From a bacterium (GTDB lineage: Bacteria; Electryoneota; RPQS01), in assembly GCA_016702305.1 (NCBI GenBank), contig JADJEH010000011.1, positions 19,561 through 83,560 on the forward strand: DNA of 64,000 nucleotides, given 5' to 3'. Made by a program: the position numbers and the translations under genes. Positions 39,998 to 51,700 of the stretch are shown here, piece by piece; position 1 is the stretch's first letter; every line of letters starts with the position of its first letter. Below the pieces are notes generated by a model. The model was not told the DNA's origin. It saw only the letters and a program-made list of their open reading frames with translations, and made no database searches.

Positions 39998-42900
39998 TTA
40001 GCGAACGGCAACAATGTGATACACGGACTCACTGGCCGTCGCTGCGGCGTTCGCGTCAATGTACTCAAGCGTCGGCGCCGGCACCGTGGCCAGAAGCGTA
40101 TACACGCCATCTACCGCGGCGGCCTTTTCAACGCGATACGATGTTGCGTTCTCCGCGGCCGTCCAGAACAGATGCATGTCCAGACCTTCCGCCAATACAA
40201 CCAAGGAGTCCACAGGCCCCACGGTTTGCGGGCTCAGGGCGAACAGGCAGATGTCATCAACCGCAGCTTCAATCGTTGAACCGCCGCCAAGGTCGGCCAC
40301 GCTGATGCGCACCTTTACCTGCGATGTCAACGCGACGTAGTTTTCGAGTTGGAACTGATCTTCTTTCCAGAATTCCCAGTCGTCGTTCGTGTAAAGCAGG
40401 GTCGTCCACGTCGTACCATTGTCCGACGATGCCCAGATATGAATCGAGTCGGTCCCGGGATTGTTGCCGAGATCGTTCGAGTACCACGACCAGATGTCCA
40501 GAGCTGCCGATTCATAGCCCGATAGATCCCAAGTGGGCGACACAATCGTCGTGCGGCCGCCGTCTACATCGTAGGTGTTATGCGTTGAGCCTTGACGACC
40601 GTCTGTGCACAGGCAGTAGATGCCCGGCGCAGACGTATGGTCGTCGCCCGTCTGCACGATGTTCGCGCCGTTGAAAGTCGCCACCGGATCCGAGCGTTCC
40701 CACAGTCCTACAGTAGCGTTGTCGCCCGTGTAGGATAGTGTCCAACCCTGCGTGCTCGCTTCAAAGTCATAGCACTGCTGGTAGTCCCACACGGTCGGGA
40801 TATTCAGCACGCCGGTTTCCGGCACGCGCACGGACGTTGTCGGGCCCGTAAACTCGAAGTAGCAGTCATGAGCGCCGGTCACAAGCGTCGTGTCAAACGA
40901 AAACACCGAACCATCGCTGTAGCTGAAATCGAGCGTCGTTAGCGCGTAGGGCAAGCCGTCCACCACCACATTTGCCGAGAGCGGCGCGACATTGGTGGCG
41001 CTGGTGTAGAGAATCGAATACGTGAACAGAGTAGCCTCGCTGCCGCTAACGGGCGAAACTCCCGCGCCGGACAAGACAAATTCCGCTGGCGGCTGCAAGG
41101 TCGGGAAGACGATGTCGTCAACCCACGCGGCGTCGCTGCCGGACACGAGTGAAACGTCCTTCGTGTACTTCCACATGAATGTGTGGACGCCAGCCGTTAC
41201 GTTGTAGCTTGCCTGGGCCCAGCCAACTTCACCCGACCAGGATGCCTGTTCGACGCCGTCAATCAGAAATCGCAGGAAGTCATAGGTGGCTTCCGACGAA
41301 ACCTTGTAATAGAACGAAATCGGACCGCTGACCAATACGGTTTGGGTCACGGACAGATTGGATTCCTGACTGTTTGAAATCACCCCTGACTTCGCGCAAT
41401 ATAGGCCGGCATGCTGCCCCGTGCTAACGATGGTCCACGGTGCAGTGCCGCTTTGCGTCCAGGGGAAGCGCGTGAAGTTGCCAGTTTCCCAATCTTCGTT
41501 GGACAAAACGGCCAGGTTAAAATCATGCGACATAGCGCCGCCAAACACGATTACATCCTGATCGCCGCCATATCCAGTGGCATCCGCGCGGACCGTGTAG
41601 GTCGTGCCGATAGGAAGGCTAAGTGTGTAAGCACCCAAGCCATTTGTGGTCGCCGGAGTCACCGGAAAGCCAACTACACTAACCTGCGCGCCCGGAACAG
41701 GTGCGGCCGCCGGATTGTACACGAAACCCGTGAGGTCGGCACTGGGGACAGAGACCAATGACTTGTTTAGCGTCACCGTACTTCCGTCTATAACGGTAGT
41801 ACCCTCGTTCGAGGTCGTGTAGCCAAACTTGCTGAACTCGAGCGTCACCGCGCCGACCGGCAACAGCAGATCGTAAGCGCCGCTGGCGTTCGTGGTGTCC
41901 ACTTGTGCGCCGGCCAAATTACGGATGATCACTCCGGCGAGCGGAGCCAACGTGTTTTGGTCCGTTACGACGCCGGCTACGTGGCCATAACCACCTAAGA
42001 TGCTCTCGGAGCAAGCCAGTGAGTAGGACTGCGGGCCGCTCGGCAACGTCGTCGAATTCACCGTGATCGTCCACGTTCCCGCAGCCGGGCTCGCCACCAC
42101 GATCTGCTCGCTGTTGTTGATGTGGTCAACACCTGTTCCCGCGGGAGTTGCGGGGCTGGCCGGAGTCAGCGTGAACGGTAGGTACACCGTCGCGCTCGGC
42201 GAGGTCAGTGTCACATTCAGGTCATTGATCAGAGTGGGGTTTGCCAGCGGAGTTGCCGCCGGGTCCATCCACGACAGCGATACCCGCAGGGACGGCGTAC
42301 CTGCCGGCACCGTGAACGTATGCGTCATCGTCTGACCGGTGGACAAACTGCCCTCCAGGAATCCGCCTTCCATCGTCGCATCCACCGCCGCTTGCACGTT
42401 GATGCGGCCGAAACCGTAGACGTAGTCGGGGCCAACATTGCCAAGATCCTGCGCGGTATTGATGAGCAGCGCCTTGATCGTGGACGGTAGCGGTGTGAGA
42501 CCGGGATAGGAGATACCCATCTGTTGCAGAATCAGCGCCACACAGCCCGACGTAATCGGCGTGGCCATCGAAGTGCCGCTCATGTCACCGTACGTATTGC
42601 CCGGTAGTGTTGAGTGAATATTGAGGCCGGGTGCGCAGACATCGGGCTTGATCCGCCCGTCGTCCGTCGGACCCCACGACGAGAAGGTCGTCATGCCGTC
42701 CGCATCCGTGGAAGCACCAACCGAAATGATGTTCTTTGCATTCGCGGGAACACCCATCGTATTGTAGGTGCTGCCGCATGCGCCGCCGCGCTCGTTGCCG
42801 GCCGCGAACAGCACGATAAACGGACTGCCCAAACTGCCGCGCACGATATTGTCCAACAACTGCGACACGCTCTCGTAATCGCCTTCCCACGTGCACGAGT

Positions 42901-43933
42901 AGCCATTCCACGCGATATTCGCGCCGATGGAGTTCGTGGCAAGGTCAGCCGAGTAGCTGTTGCGCGCCGTGGTGTAGTTTGCCTGAATATCCTGCGGACT
43001 ATTGTAGAGGCAGTTCGGCGTGCACGACTCATACTGCATCGAGATAATATTGCAGGCAGGTGCCATCCCGCGATACAGGCCGCCGGATAATGCGCCGCTG
43101 CCGCCTACCGAACCGGCCACGTGCGTCGGGTGGTCTACCGTTGATCCGGCTTCACCCAAGGTCAAACGCCCCGAAAAATCGGTATGTGCCGCGTCCACCA
43201 TGCCTGCGTCATAGACGAGTACGCTGATGCCGCTGCCGTTCAAATTGTAAGGTGCCGCCTGCACGGTTTCGGCGCCAACGCGCGTCCGCGCCGCATCATT
43301 TACACCCGTCATCGGTGGTGACATCAAGTCCATCCAGGCCACTTCGTCTTCGCTTGCCATGGCTTCAAACTGATCCGGATGAACCGCCATTACCCACGTG
43401 TTGATGATTTCAATATAGTCACCCATTTCCGCGCCATAGCGCGCCGCGATCTCCTTGGCGGCGTTGCCCGCGACATCCGCGTGCAGGCGCACGAACACCA
43501 ATTCCATCTCGTTCTCGAAATGTGTCCAGGGTTCAAACTCGCGGTTAACGACACGGCTGTGCATCTTGTCAGCCACGGTCAATTCGCCTGCCCAACGTAA
43601 ACCCAAAGACGACGCCGAGGCTGTCGTGATGTCATTCGAAAGGCTCGCCAGCCAGGCATTTCCGCCCAACGGTTCGAGCAGCTTGATGCCGGCGCCTTGC
43701 AGCGAATTGCGCGTCGCATCATCAGGATCGGTGTAAAGCTGCAATAGGCAGTGGACAGGGCTTTCGACGCTTGCCTCGACGGACAGCGTGGAAAGTGCGC
43801 TAAGGTCTTCCGCGGGATTGAATTCGCGTGACCACAGCCTGACGGTGTACTCACCGGATGCGAACGCGGTTTGCATACACAACAGGCACAGCAGGGCGAG
43901 GGTAAGCCCTCGGCCCGAGATTCCAAATTTCAT
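39998..43933 (-). CDS. Secreted subtilisin-like serine peptidase of family S8, with large C-terminal beta-rich extensions
   Basis: Signal 'MKFGISGRGLTLALLCLLCMQTAFA'. Asp region 'VLVYDAGMVDAAHTDF'. His 'DHPTHVAGSVGG'. Ser 'GTSMATP'. A GGAG RBS is upstream on the minus strand. Confidence 0.85.
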   Translation of the reverse strand: MKFGISGRGLTLALLCLLCMQTAFASGEYTVRLWSREFNPAEDLSALSTLSVEASVESPVHCLLQLYTDPDDATRNSLQGAGIKLLEPLGGNAWLASLSNDITTASASSLGLRWAGELTVADKMHSRVVNREFEPWTHFENEMELVFVRLHADVAGNAAKEIAARYGAEMGDYIEIINTWVMAVHPDQFEAMASEDEVAWMDLMSPPMTGVNDAARTRVGAETVQAAPYNLNGSGISVLVYDAGMVDAAHTDFSGRLTLGEAGSTVDHPTHVAGSVGGSGALSGGLYRGMAPACNIISMQYESCTPNCLYNSPQDIQANYTTARNSYSADLATNSIGANIAWNGYSCTWEGDYESVSQLLDNIVRGSLGSPFIVLFAAGNERGGACGSTYNTMGVPANAKNIISVGASTDADGMTTFSSWGPTDDGRIKPDVCAPGLNIHSTLPGNTYGDMSGTSMATPITSGCVALILQQMGISYPGLTPLPSTIKALLINTAQDLGNVGPDYVYGFGRINVQAAVDATMEGGFLEGSLSTGQTMTHTFTVPAGTPSLRVSLSWMDPAATPLANPTLINDLNVTLTSPSATVYLPFTLTPASPATPAGTGVDHINNSEQIVVASPAAGTWTITVNSTTLPSGPQSYSLACSESILGGYGHVAGVVTDQNTLAPLAGVIIRNLAGAQVDTTNASGAYDLLLPVGAVTLEFSKFGYTTSNEGTTVIDGSTVTLNKSLVSVPSADLTGFVYNPAAAPVPGAQVSVVGFPVTPATTNGLGAYTLSLPIGTTYTVRADATGYGGDQDVIVFGGAMSHDFNLAVLSNEDWETGNFTRFPWTQSGTAPWTIVSTGQHAGLYCAKSGVISNSQESNLSVTQTVLVSGPISFYYKVSSEATYDFLRFLIDGVEQASWSGEVGWAQASYNVTAGVHTFMWKYTKDVSLVSGSDAAWVDDIVFPTLQPPAEFVLSGAGVSPVSGSEATLFTYSILYTSATNVAPLSANVVVDGLPYALTTLDFSYSDGSVFSFDTTLVTGAHDCYFEFTGPTTSVRVPETGVLNIPTVWDYQQCYDFEASTQGWTLSYTGDNATVGLWERSDPVATFNGANIVQTGDDHTSAPGIYCLCTDGRQGSTHNTYDVDGGRTTIVSPTWDLSGYESAALDIWSWYSNDLGNNPGTDSIHIWASSDNGTTWTTLLYTNDDWEFWKEDQFQLENYVALTSQVKVRISVADLGGGSTIEAAVDDICLFALSPQTVGPVDSLVVLAEGLDMHLFWTAAENATSYRVEKAAAVDGVYTLLATVPAPTLEYIDANAAATASESVYHIVAVR

Positions 43934-44305
43934 GTTAAACTCCGGGTGTATCGAGAAATCACTGAGAATTATCGGTTGGAAGATTGCCGGCACTCCAGGC
44001 TGCTCCTGGGTCTGTAAAGCAGTACAAATCACACTGTCTGGAAAGGGAAGGGACCCACCTTAGCACGACAGGGTTTTGGCCCCCAATAAGATAGCAAGTT
44101 CCGCGCCTTGCCTTAGTGGTGTATGGACATGCAGTTGGATACCTGGGTATCCATGAAAATGCGCCAGTCATTCACACGACTGCGAACGCTATGCGCACAG
44201 TGCGCCAAGCAGGCAAGATCGAAACCCGTGAGGGTGCCCTTAGTATACGCAACGAGCCTGTGAAAAACCACAGGCTCGTATCGGCACCCGGCCCAACCCA
44301 CTCCT

Positions 44306-47300
44306 CTACAGCCGCTCTGCCGCGTCTCCCGCAACAGGCCCGGGTTCCTTCTCTGCCCGGCCGATCGATCGCCGCACCGCAGACAGCCACCCTTCCAGTT
44401 TCACATAGAAAGAAGGGACAACATACAGGCTCAAAGCCGTCGAGACGAGCACACCGCCGATCACAGCGATCGCCATCGGCGTGCGTATTTCCGTGCCTGC
44501 CCCTAAGCCCAGTGCAGGCGGCACTGCCGCCATCATCGTAGCAATTGACGTCATTAGAATCGGCCGCAGTCGTATTGGCCCCGCCTGTTTCATCGCTTCG
44601 GCCGCGCTCGCTCCGTCTCCGCGCCGCTGATTGGCGTAATCCACAAGAATGATCGAGTTCTTCTTCACGATGCCCATCAGCAAGAGTAGACCGATCATGC
44701 TGAAGATGTTCAAAGTCTTGCCCGTAATCAGCAATGCCGCCGCCGCGCCGACTACAGAGAGCGGAAGGATCGTCAGAATCGTGATTGGGTGAGAAAACGA
44801 ATTGAATTGCGACGCCAATACCATGTAGGCAACCAGAATGCCCATCGCGAGAGCGAACAATAGTCCGGCAAACGACTCTTTAAAGGCCACACTTGAGCCG
44901 CTGAGACTCGTGCGATAGCCCGTTGGCAAATCGTTTGACAGCGCTTCGACGTATTGAATCGCCTCCTGCTGCGAATGTCCGGGTGCCACGTTGGCAAATA
45001 CGGTGATCGCCCGCTCGCGGTCTTTGCGCGTGATCGCTTGCAGCGCGGGCAATTCTTCAAACTTTGTCAACGACGACAGCGGCACCAGCTCGCCATTGCG
45101 GCTCCGCACCCGCAGGCGCGAGATATCCTGCATGCTTCGGCGCTGCTCGGCCATCAAGCGCATGCGCACGTCAATGCGGCGTCCACCCGCGCTGTATTTC
45201 CCGACCCGTTCGCCGCCAACCAGAGAATTGATTGCTGTCGCCACATCCTCGACGGAAATCCCGAGGTCTGCGCAGCGCGCTCGATCCGGCTCGACGCGAA
45301 GTTCCGGTACGCCGATACGATAGTCGGTGTCCACGTCTACAACAAGTCCGCTCTCGGACAGCTTCTTGGTAACATCGCCGCTCAAGGACTCCAGCGACTT
45401 CCAGTCCGGCCCTAACAGTGAAAACTCAACGGGAAAGCCGCGTTGCGCCGTGAATCCCGATTGCGACAAGTCTTGTACGACGGCCCGCACGCCGGGTATG
45501 CCGTTCAGGTCTTTTCTTAGTACCGCAGCGATCTCCGCTTGGGATTTACCGCGCTCCCCTGGCGGCAACAAGGTTACGAACAGAATTCCGCCGCTTTGAC
45601 CACCGCCACCAAATCCTCCGACCAGCACGAATGAACGCGTAATTTCCGGATAAGTCTCAATCTTTGCTTCAACCTGTCGAAAGAGATTGTCCGTTTCCGT
45701 TACGCTCGAACTCACCGCCGTCTGCACGCGGATCATCAGGCGGCTTTGGTCCTGCGACGGCACGAACTCGCTCGGCAGGAGCTTGAGCACGATCATTGAT
45801 CCGAGGAAAATGACCAGCGCGCTCGACAAAATCAACCCCGGTCGCTTCAGGGCCTTCCCCAGCCAGCGCGCGTATGTGCGTTCTGACATTCCAAACACGC
45901 GATCAGCCCATGCGCCGATCCGACTGCGATTTTCGCGCGAGATATCCAGAATCTGCGCGCACCGCGCCGGCGCTAACGTCACGGCTTCAACGTACGACAA
46001 CAAGATTGCTACGCACAATGTCACGCCGAATTGGAGGAAGAACCGTCCCACAACGCCATCCATGAACACCACGGGAACAAAGATCGCGACCACGGCCAGC
46101 GTCGCGGCAAACGCCGGGAAGGTAATCTCTTTCGTTCCCTCAAGTGCCGCCGTCACGCGGTCTTTGCCCATCTCCGCGTGCCGCACAATATTCTCAAGCA
46201 CCATGATGGCGTCGTCAACCACAATGCCTACCGCCAGCGCAAGCCCCAGCAGGGTGAATGTGTTGAGCGTGAATCCGAGAAAATAGATGACCGCAATTGT
46301 TCCCAACAAGGACATTGGGATTGCGAGAATCACGTTGATCGCGTTAGAGAACGAGCCAAGAAACAGCCAACAGACCAACGCAGTCAGCAAGATAGATAGC
46401 ACCAGTTCAAGCTCGATTTCGTGTACCGATTCTTCGATAAACACGGTCGAGTCAAAATTGATGCCCAGTTCCATGCCCTCGGGCAACGTCTTGCTGATAT
46501 CCGCCATGGCAGCCTTGACCGCCGCCGCCACAGCCACGGCGTTCGAGCCGCGCTGCTTGCGGATACCCATGCCCATCGCCGGGCTGCCGTTCACGCGGGT
46601 AATGCGCCGCACATCTTCAAACCCGTCTTCCACCACGGCCACATCGCTCAAATGCACTTCGGCCTGCGGCGTATCACGCACGACGATGTTCTTGAATGTC
46701 TCGAGGTCAATCGCTTCCCCCATAATGCGAACGCTGACTTCGCGTCCGCTGTTTTCGAGGCGTCCGGCCGGAAGTTCGACATGTTCTCGGCGCAAGGCGT
46801 TCACCAGATCCGAAACGGTCAGTCCATACGCGTCAAGCTTCGCTGCATCCACCCAAATGCGAATATTGCGATCAAGCCAACCGCCAAGAGTGATCTCGCC
46901 CACGCCCGGGATTGTTTGCAGCTTGTCCCGAATCTGATAGCGTGCGATGTCCGACAACACCTGTTTCGGATACGGTCCGGACAATCCGATCCACATGATC
47001 GGATTGTCTTCGGGATTTGACTTGGATACTGTCGGAGGATCAATATCTACGGGTAGTCGCCGTGCGGCCTGCGCGACTTTCGTCTGTACGTCCTGCAAAG
47101 CCAGATCCACATCCCGCGAGAGATCCATTTCCACCGTTACATTGGCGCTGCCTTGCCGCGCACTCGACGTGATCCCGCGCACACCTTCAACCTGGGCAAC
47201 GGCCTCCTCAATAATCTCGACGACGTCATGCTCCATCACCTCGGGTGCTGCGCCCTCCCATGTGGCGTTGACGGTAATCGTCGGGAAATCCACGTCCGGG

Positions 47301-47410
47301 AATTGACTAATGCCAATGCGCGTCAACGCAATCAGGCCAAACAGCACAGTGCCCGCCATGAGCATCCATGCGAAGACCGGCTTGCGAACGCAGACTTCAG
47401 TGATGTTCAT
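44306..47410 (-). CDS. RND-family efflux permease, HAE1/AcrB-like
   Basis: 1,034 aa and 12 TM. 'MNITEVCVRKPVFAWMLMAGTVLFGLIALTRIGISQFPDVDFPTITV' is a canonical AcrB N-terminus. Confidence 0.9.
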   Translation of the reverse strand: MNITEVCVRKPVFAWMLMAGTVLFGLIALTRIGISQFPDVDFPTITVNATWEGAAPEVMEHDVVEIIEEAVAQVEGVRGITSSARQGSANVTVEMDLSRDVDLALQDVQTKVAQAARRLPVDIDPPTVSKSNPEDNPIMWIGLSGPYPKQVLSDIARYQIRDKLQTIPGVGEITLGGWLDRNIRIWVDAAKLDAYGLTVSDLVNALRREHVELPAGRLENSGREVSVRIMGEAIDLETFKNIVVRDTPQAEVHLSDVAVVEDGFEDVRRITRVNGSPAMGMGIRKQRGSNAVAVAAAVKAAMADISKTLPEGMELGINFDSTVFIEESVHEIELELVLSILLTALVCWLFLGSFSNAINVILAIPMSLLGTIAVIYFLGFTLNTFTLLGLALAVGIVVDDAIMVLENIVRHAEMGKDRVTAALEGTKEITFPAFAATLAVVAIFVPVVFMDGVVGRFFLQFGVTLCVAILLSYVEAVTLAPARCAQILDISRENRSRIGAWADRVFGMSERTYARWLGKALKRPGLILSSALVIFLGSMIVLKLLPSEFVPSQDQSRLMIRVQTAVSSSVTETDNLFRQVEAKIETYPEITRSFVLVGGFGGGGQSGGILFVTLLPPGERGKSQAEIAAVLRKDLNGIPGVRAVVQDLSQSGFTAQRGFPVEFSLLGPDWKSLESLSGDVTKKLSESGLVVDVDTDYRIGVPELRVEPDRARCADLGISVEDVATAINSLVGGERVGKYSAGGRRIDVRMRLMAEQRRSMQDISRLRVRSRNGELVPLSSLTKFEELPALQAITRKDRERAITVFANVAPGHSQQEAIQYVEALSNDLPTGYRTSLSGSSVAFKESFAGLLFALAMGILVAYMVLASQFNSFSHPITILTILPLSVVGAAAALLITGKTLNIFSMIGLLLLMGIVKKNSIILVDYANQRRGDGASAAEAMKQAGPIRLRPILMTSIATMMAAVPPALGLGAGTEIRTPMAIAVIGGVLVSTALSLYVVPSFYVKLEGWLSAVRRSIGRAEKEPGPVAGDAAERL

Positions 47411-48555
47411 CGGCTTGCGCTCCCGCTGTCGCCGGGCGCGGGCTTCGCGGCACTGACAATGCGCACGCGCGCGCCTTGACTAAGCGCTTCCGCGCCGCGC
47501 ACCACGAGCTGCTCGCCGGCGCGCAATCCCTCTTGTACTTCAACTCGCCCGTCAAATGTCTGCAAACCGAGTTTTAGGACGCGCTCGTGTGCCACTGTGT
47601 CTTCGACAACAAATCCCAAGAACCCGCGTTCGCTCGGTCGAATGCTCACCTGCGGAATCACCGGCAGGTCATTCGACTCTCCCAATAGAACAGTTACTTC
47701 CGCGAACACTCCCGGTTGTAACTCGGCCGCCGATTCGACGGTCACTTCGGCCGTCACTTCGACCATGCGCGTTTGTGGATCGGCCGATTCTGACACGGCC
47801 ATGATCGTCGCGCGCAGTGAATCTGATGCGCCAGCCACCGCAAACGACACGCTCAGACCGCGAGTCAGCTTCGTGGCGTCTTGCACCGGAACGGAGAACC
47901 TGAGCAGCAATGGATCACGGCGCACCATCGTCGCGACCGTCGCACCGATTTGCATGTACTGTCCCGTCCGTGCGACCCGCGATTGTATTGTGCCGGCCGT
48001 CGGCGCCGGAACGTGTGCGTCGCGGAAATTCAGCTTTGCTAAATCAAGCGCGGCGGCCGCTTGGGCGGAATCCGCCCTCGCGCTTTGCGCTCGTGTCTGC
48101 CAACTGTCGAGCTCTTCGGGACTCACAAATCCTGGATTGTTACCCTGAATATCCACGCGCCGCCGCAATCCGGTTTCGATTTCGCGCAACGTTGCTTTCG
48201 CTTTTTCGTACGCGGCTTCCGCTGACCGCAAGGCCAGTTCGTAGCGTTCGAGCTCGATGTCAACTAACGGTTCTCCGGCACGCACAGCTTCTCCTTCGCG
48301 AAACCGCACCGCTTGTACCGTTCCTGAAACACGCGTTGTCACAGGCAGGATTTCAAATGCGACAACCGATCCCACGGCATGCACGACAAGATCCGCCTTG
48401 CGCGTGGTCACTGTTTCCACTTCAACCGGAAACGCCTGTGGAGGTTTGCGCTGCGGAGCGGTGTTCCCGCCCGAGCAGCCTACCGCTGCCATGACAGCCA
48501 GAAAGTGTAAACAGAGAAGTAAACGGAAACGCATAAGGAGAAAACGGTTCGTCAA
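47407..48555 (-). CDS. RND efflux periplasmic adaptor (membrane fusion protein) lipoprotein
   Basis: Lipobox 'AVMAAVGCSG'. HlyD/AcrA-like coiled-coil and beta-barrel segments. The stop overlaps the downstream RND permease start. Confidence 0.85.
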   Translation of the reverse strand: MTNRFLLMRFRLLLCLHFLAVMAAVGCSGGNTAPQRKPPQAFPVEVETVTTRKADLVVHAVGSVVAFEILPVTTRVSGTVQAVRFREGEAVRAGEPLVDIELERYELALRSAEAAYEKAKATLREIETGLRRRVDIQGNNPGFVSPEELDSWQTRAQSARADSAQAAAALDLAKLNFRDAHVPAPTAGTIQSRVARTGQYMQIGATVATMVRRDPLLLRFSVPVQDATKLTRGLSVSFAVAGASDSLRATIMAVSESADPQTRMVEVTAEVTVESAAELQPGVFAEVTVLLGESNDLPVIPQVSIRPSERGFLGFVVEDTVAHERVLKLGLQTFDGRVEVQEGLRAGEQLVVRGAEALSQGARVRIVSAAKPAPGDSGSASR

Positions 48556-48687
48556 AGGAGGGGAGCAATTATCTTAAGTTATCTTATAGAATTATACCGT
48601 GATTATCAATCGGATTCTCCCCGGCCTCTCGTGAGGGGAGGGAGCATAAACTTCTGATTGTAAAAGGCTAAGCCTATCACGACCCGA

Positions 48688-48725
48688 ACACATATGCCAA
48701 AGAAAAAGGGCCAACCCCGCGGGTC
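48688..48725 (-). terminator. Rho-independent terminator downstream of the M14 gene on the minus strand
   Basis: On the minus strand the hairpin GGGCTGACCCGCGGGGTTGGCCC is followed by TTTTTCTTTGG. Confidence 0.4.
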
Positions 48726-48763
48726 AGCCCTCTTCCTCATCTCGTAATTTCCTGTTCCGCCCG

Positions 48764-51700
48764 TTACGGCGTGGCGTTCATACTGCCGACGACCACGAAG
48801 AACTTCATATCTTCAGCAGGTGCAGCAATCGTCAACGTTGTTCCAGTCGTCGTCCCAACGTACAGGCTGTATGGTCCGTCGGGCGCGAGCGCAGCGTACA
48901 CATGGTAGAATGGAGCGTCAGCCGCGCGCCAGGCCAAGCGGTACTCGTGCGTCGCCTCGAGATAGTGAATTGTCAAGCTGTCCGGTGCCGTCAGCGTACC
49001 GACATCAAACGTTACGGGAATCAGTAGCGGATTCTCGTCGGCGTCGTTGCTCGTCAAATGGATTTCCGCCGTGTATTCGCCCATCGGCAACGCGCCGGCG
49101 GTGAAAGACAATGGCAGATGCGTGCACGATCCCGCCGACACGCTGCCCGCCGTCGCGCCGCCAAACGTCATCCACGGCGGCGCCGGTACTTCAAGTGCAA
49201 TCGCCAAATTGTTGGCGACATAACCCGCGTTATAGGTCATCTGCAATCCCACGGTTCCCGCTCCGTCTTCAATACCGATACTGCCGGAAGTCAGCAGTCC
49301 CGTCATGGATTGGTATTGGTAGACGATCCGGCCGTTGCTGTACAGAATCACTTCAAACGTATAGTTGCCTGTGTTGTTGAAGTGCGGAACATTGTCCCAC
49401 TGCACAATGTAACGGTCCAGCGGGGAATCGTAGTAATAATAAACGGCGCCGGACAATTGCGGACTCAGATCATCCCAGAACACAGCCATTAGGGCGTTCG
49501 GTACGGTATTGGTGGGAAGCGGTCGATTGGAGTACGTGTTCGATGCCGTGCCGAAATGCACATTGCCGTTGCCGCACACGTTCATCGCCGTATACGCCGT
49601 GCCATAGAAGCTGAAGGCCCACGGCAGCGTGACTGGGAGCACTTCGTCGTCGGCCGTGAACGTCAACTGTGTTCCCACGCCAGCCAACTCGACCCAGTCA
49701 TAAACCGGACCGTCCGGCTCGTTCGAGTCTTTCCATACGTAGCCGAACGCATCCGGGCCGCCGCCGTTGTCAAGCTGTGCCGGTCCGCGGCCGCGATTCG
49801 TTTCGTCACCTTTGACCTCCGGTTCGCTCACTGGAACGTCTGCTAATGCGGAGATTTGCGGCAGTTCGGCGCGAACCGGCGCGAGCTGATTGTAGGTGAC
49901 GCTCCATTGCAGATCGCATTCACCGACATTGCAGATATGCAAAGTGTCCTGGTCCGTACCCGCCAACGCGGCCCACGCGTTTATCGTTGTCGGTGTGACG
50001 TCAATTTCCGTCGGCACCGGACAGCCCGTGCCGATATTGTCCACGTACCAGCCTTCGGAATTCGTATTCGTGTCGGATGTAAATCTGAACCTGATTTGCA
50101 CCGCTGTTCCCGGGCATGCAATCGTCAACGGATAAACCTGGTGAAGCCACCCGCCCGACGCTCCTTCGCGCGGCGAACCCAATGCCGTCCAACCGGCGCC
50201 AAGATTAACCTCGACATAGCCGAAATCCCAGCCGGCTTCGGTCGAATACCATTCATCGAAACTGATTTCAGCGCCAGGCCCCAAGAAGAGCGTGTCGCTG
50301 AGCAGGTAACACGAGAGATTATCAGCGTAGTTGCCGGTTTCATTGCCCATAAACCATGCATGCGTCGGCGATGAGGCGCGCCGCGTCGAGATGTGCCACT
50401 GATTCAACGCTCCGCCCGTGACCCAACCGCCTGCGCCCGTTTCAACGCTGTCGGCTAACGACGATGAGCCTATGGTCGCCACGAACGTGATAGTTGTGTC
50501 GAGATTGGCATTCGACAACGCCAGCGAGAAAGTGAACGAATGCAGCGCCGGACATCCCGCCGCGATGGACATTGTGAAGTCAGAGCCATTGACCGCCGAT
50601 TGGTTGACCGGAATATTCGGCCAGCTTGCTGCACCGTTCAGAATGGTCACGTACGGATCGCTTGTCGTGAGGCTGCCCGTCAATCCATCCAACGATTGCG
50701 TACCGGCATTGCGCAACGTAAGCGCCAAGCTGCCGTCTTCGCCGGGCTGGAGAACGCCATTGCCGCCGATTTGACTGAAGCACGCCGCGCCAAGCGCCGT
50801 CTTGTACGGCTGCGGCATCAACAGTCCGGCGATTCGCGCCAGAAACATATTTGCAGGCAGATTTTCCTGCGCCAATGGGAGAATGCGAGCCTGCGCGGGC
50901 CAGAAGCCGTCGGTGGCGCCGCCGACTTCCGTTGTCACCGCGAAGATCTTAGGATGATTCAGCGAGTCGCCATATTCCCAATCAAACGAGCCGCCGTTCG
51001 TGTTGTACAGAGTTTGCCACGGCGTGCCGGTCGTATACCACACGTTATTCACCGTATGAATCCAATACGCCATCGAGTCGGCCAGCATCTGGAATATCGC
51101 GTTGTCCGCGCACAATCCGTCGCCATCATAGTAACTCGTTCCCCACGGGTAAAGCACGAGATTCGAGTACGTGTGAAAATCTTCCTGCGTTACGAACTGC
51201 CGGCTGTTGATGAAGTCGCGCAGGTGCTGTGTTTCGAGTTCCGAAAACGGTGCCGGACCGCGATAGGTCAGGTCGGACGGAAACGGCGATGAACCGTTAT
51301 CGTCAATGCCCCACGCTGCGTCGAAGTTGCGGTTCAAGTCAATGCCAAAACTGCCGTCGCCGTTAGGCTTGCGGTTTTTGCGCCACTGACCGCCGCCGCT
51401 GGGATTCGTTGCGCGGTTGTATTCGTAGCCGTCCGGATTCACGCATGGCAGGAAGTACAATTCACGGTTGTTCACCATGTCCGTGGCATCCGCGTTCGTG
51501 CCGTAGTTGTCCGTCAGGTAGTTCATGAAATGCAGGACGGCTTCCATCGCGGCCGGCTCACGGGCGTGAATCAACGAGTTGTAGAAGACTTCAGGCTCGT
51601 TTTCATCCACTGCCGGGTTGTCCGAGATCTTGAGTGCCCACATGTCACGGCCTTCATAGGTCTGGCCGATCGAGAATTTCGCCGACGTGATCGTGGGATG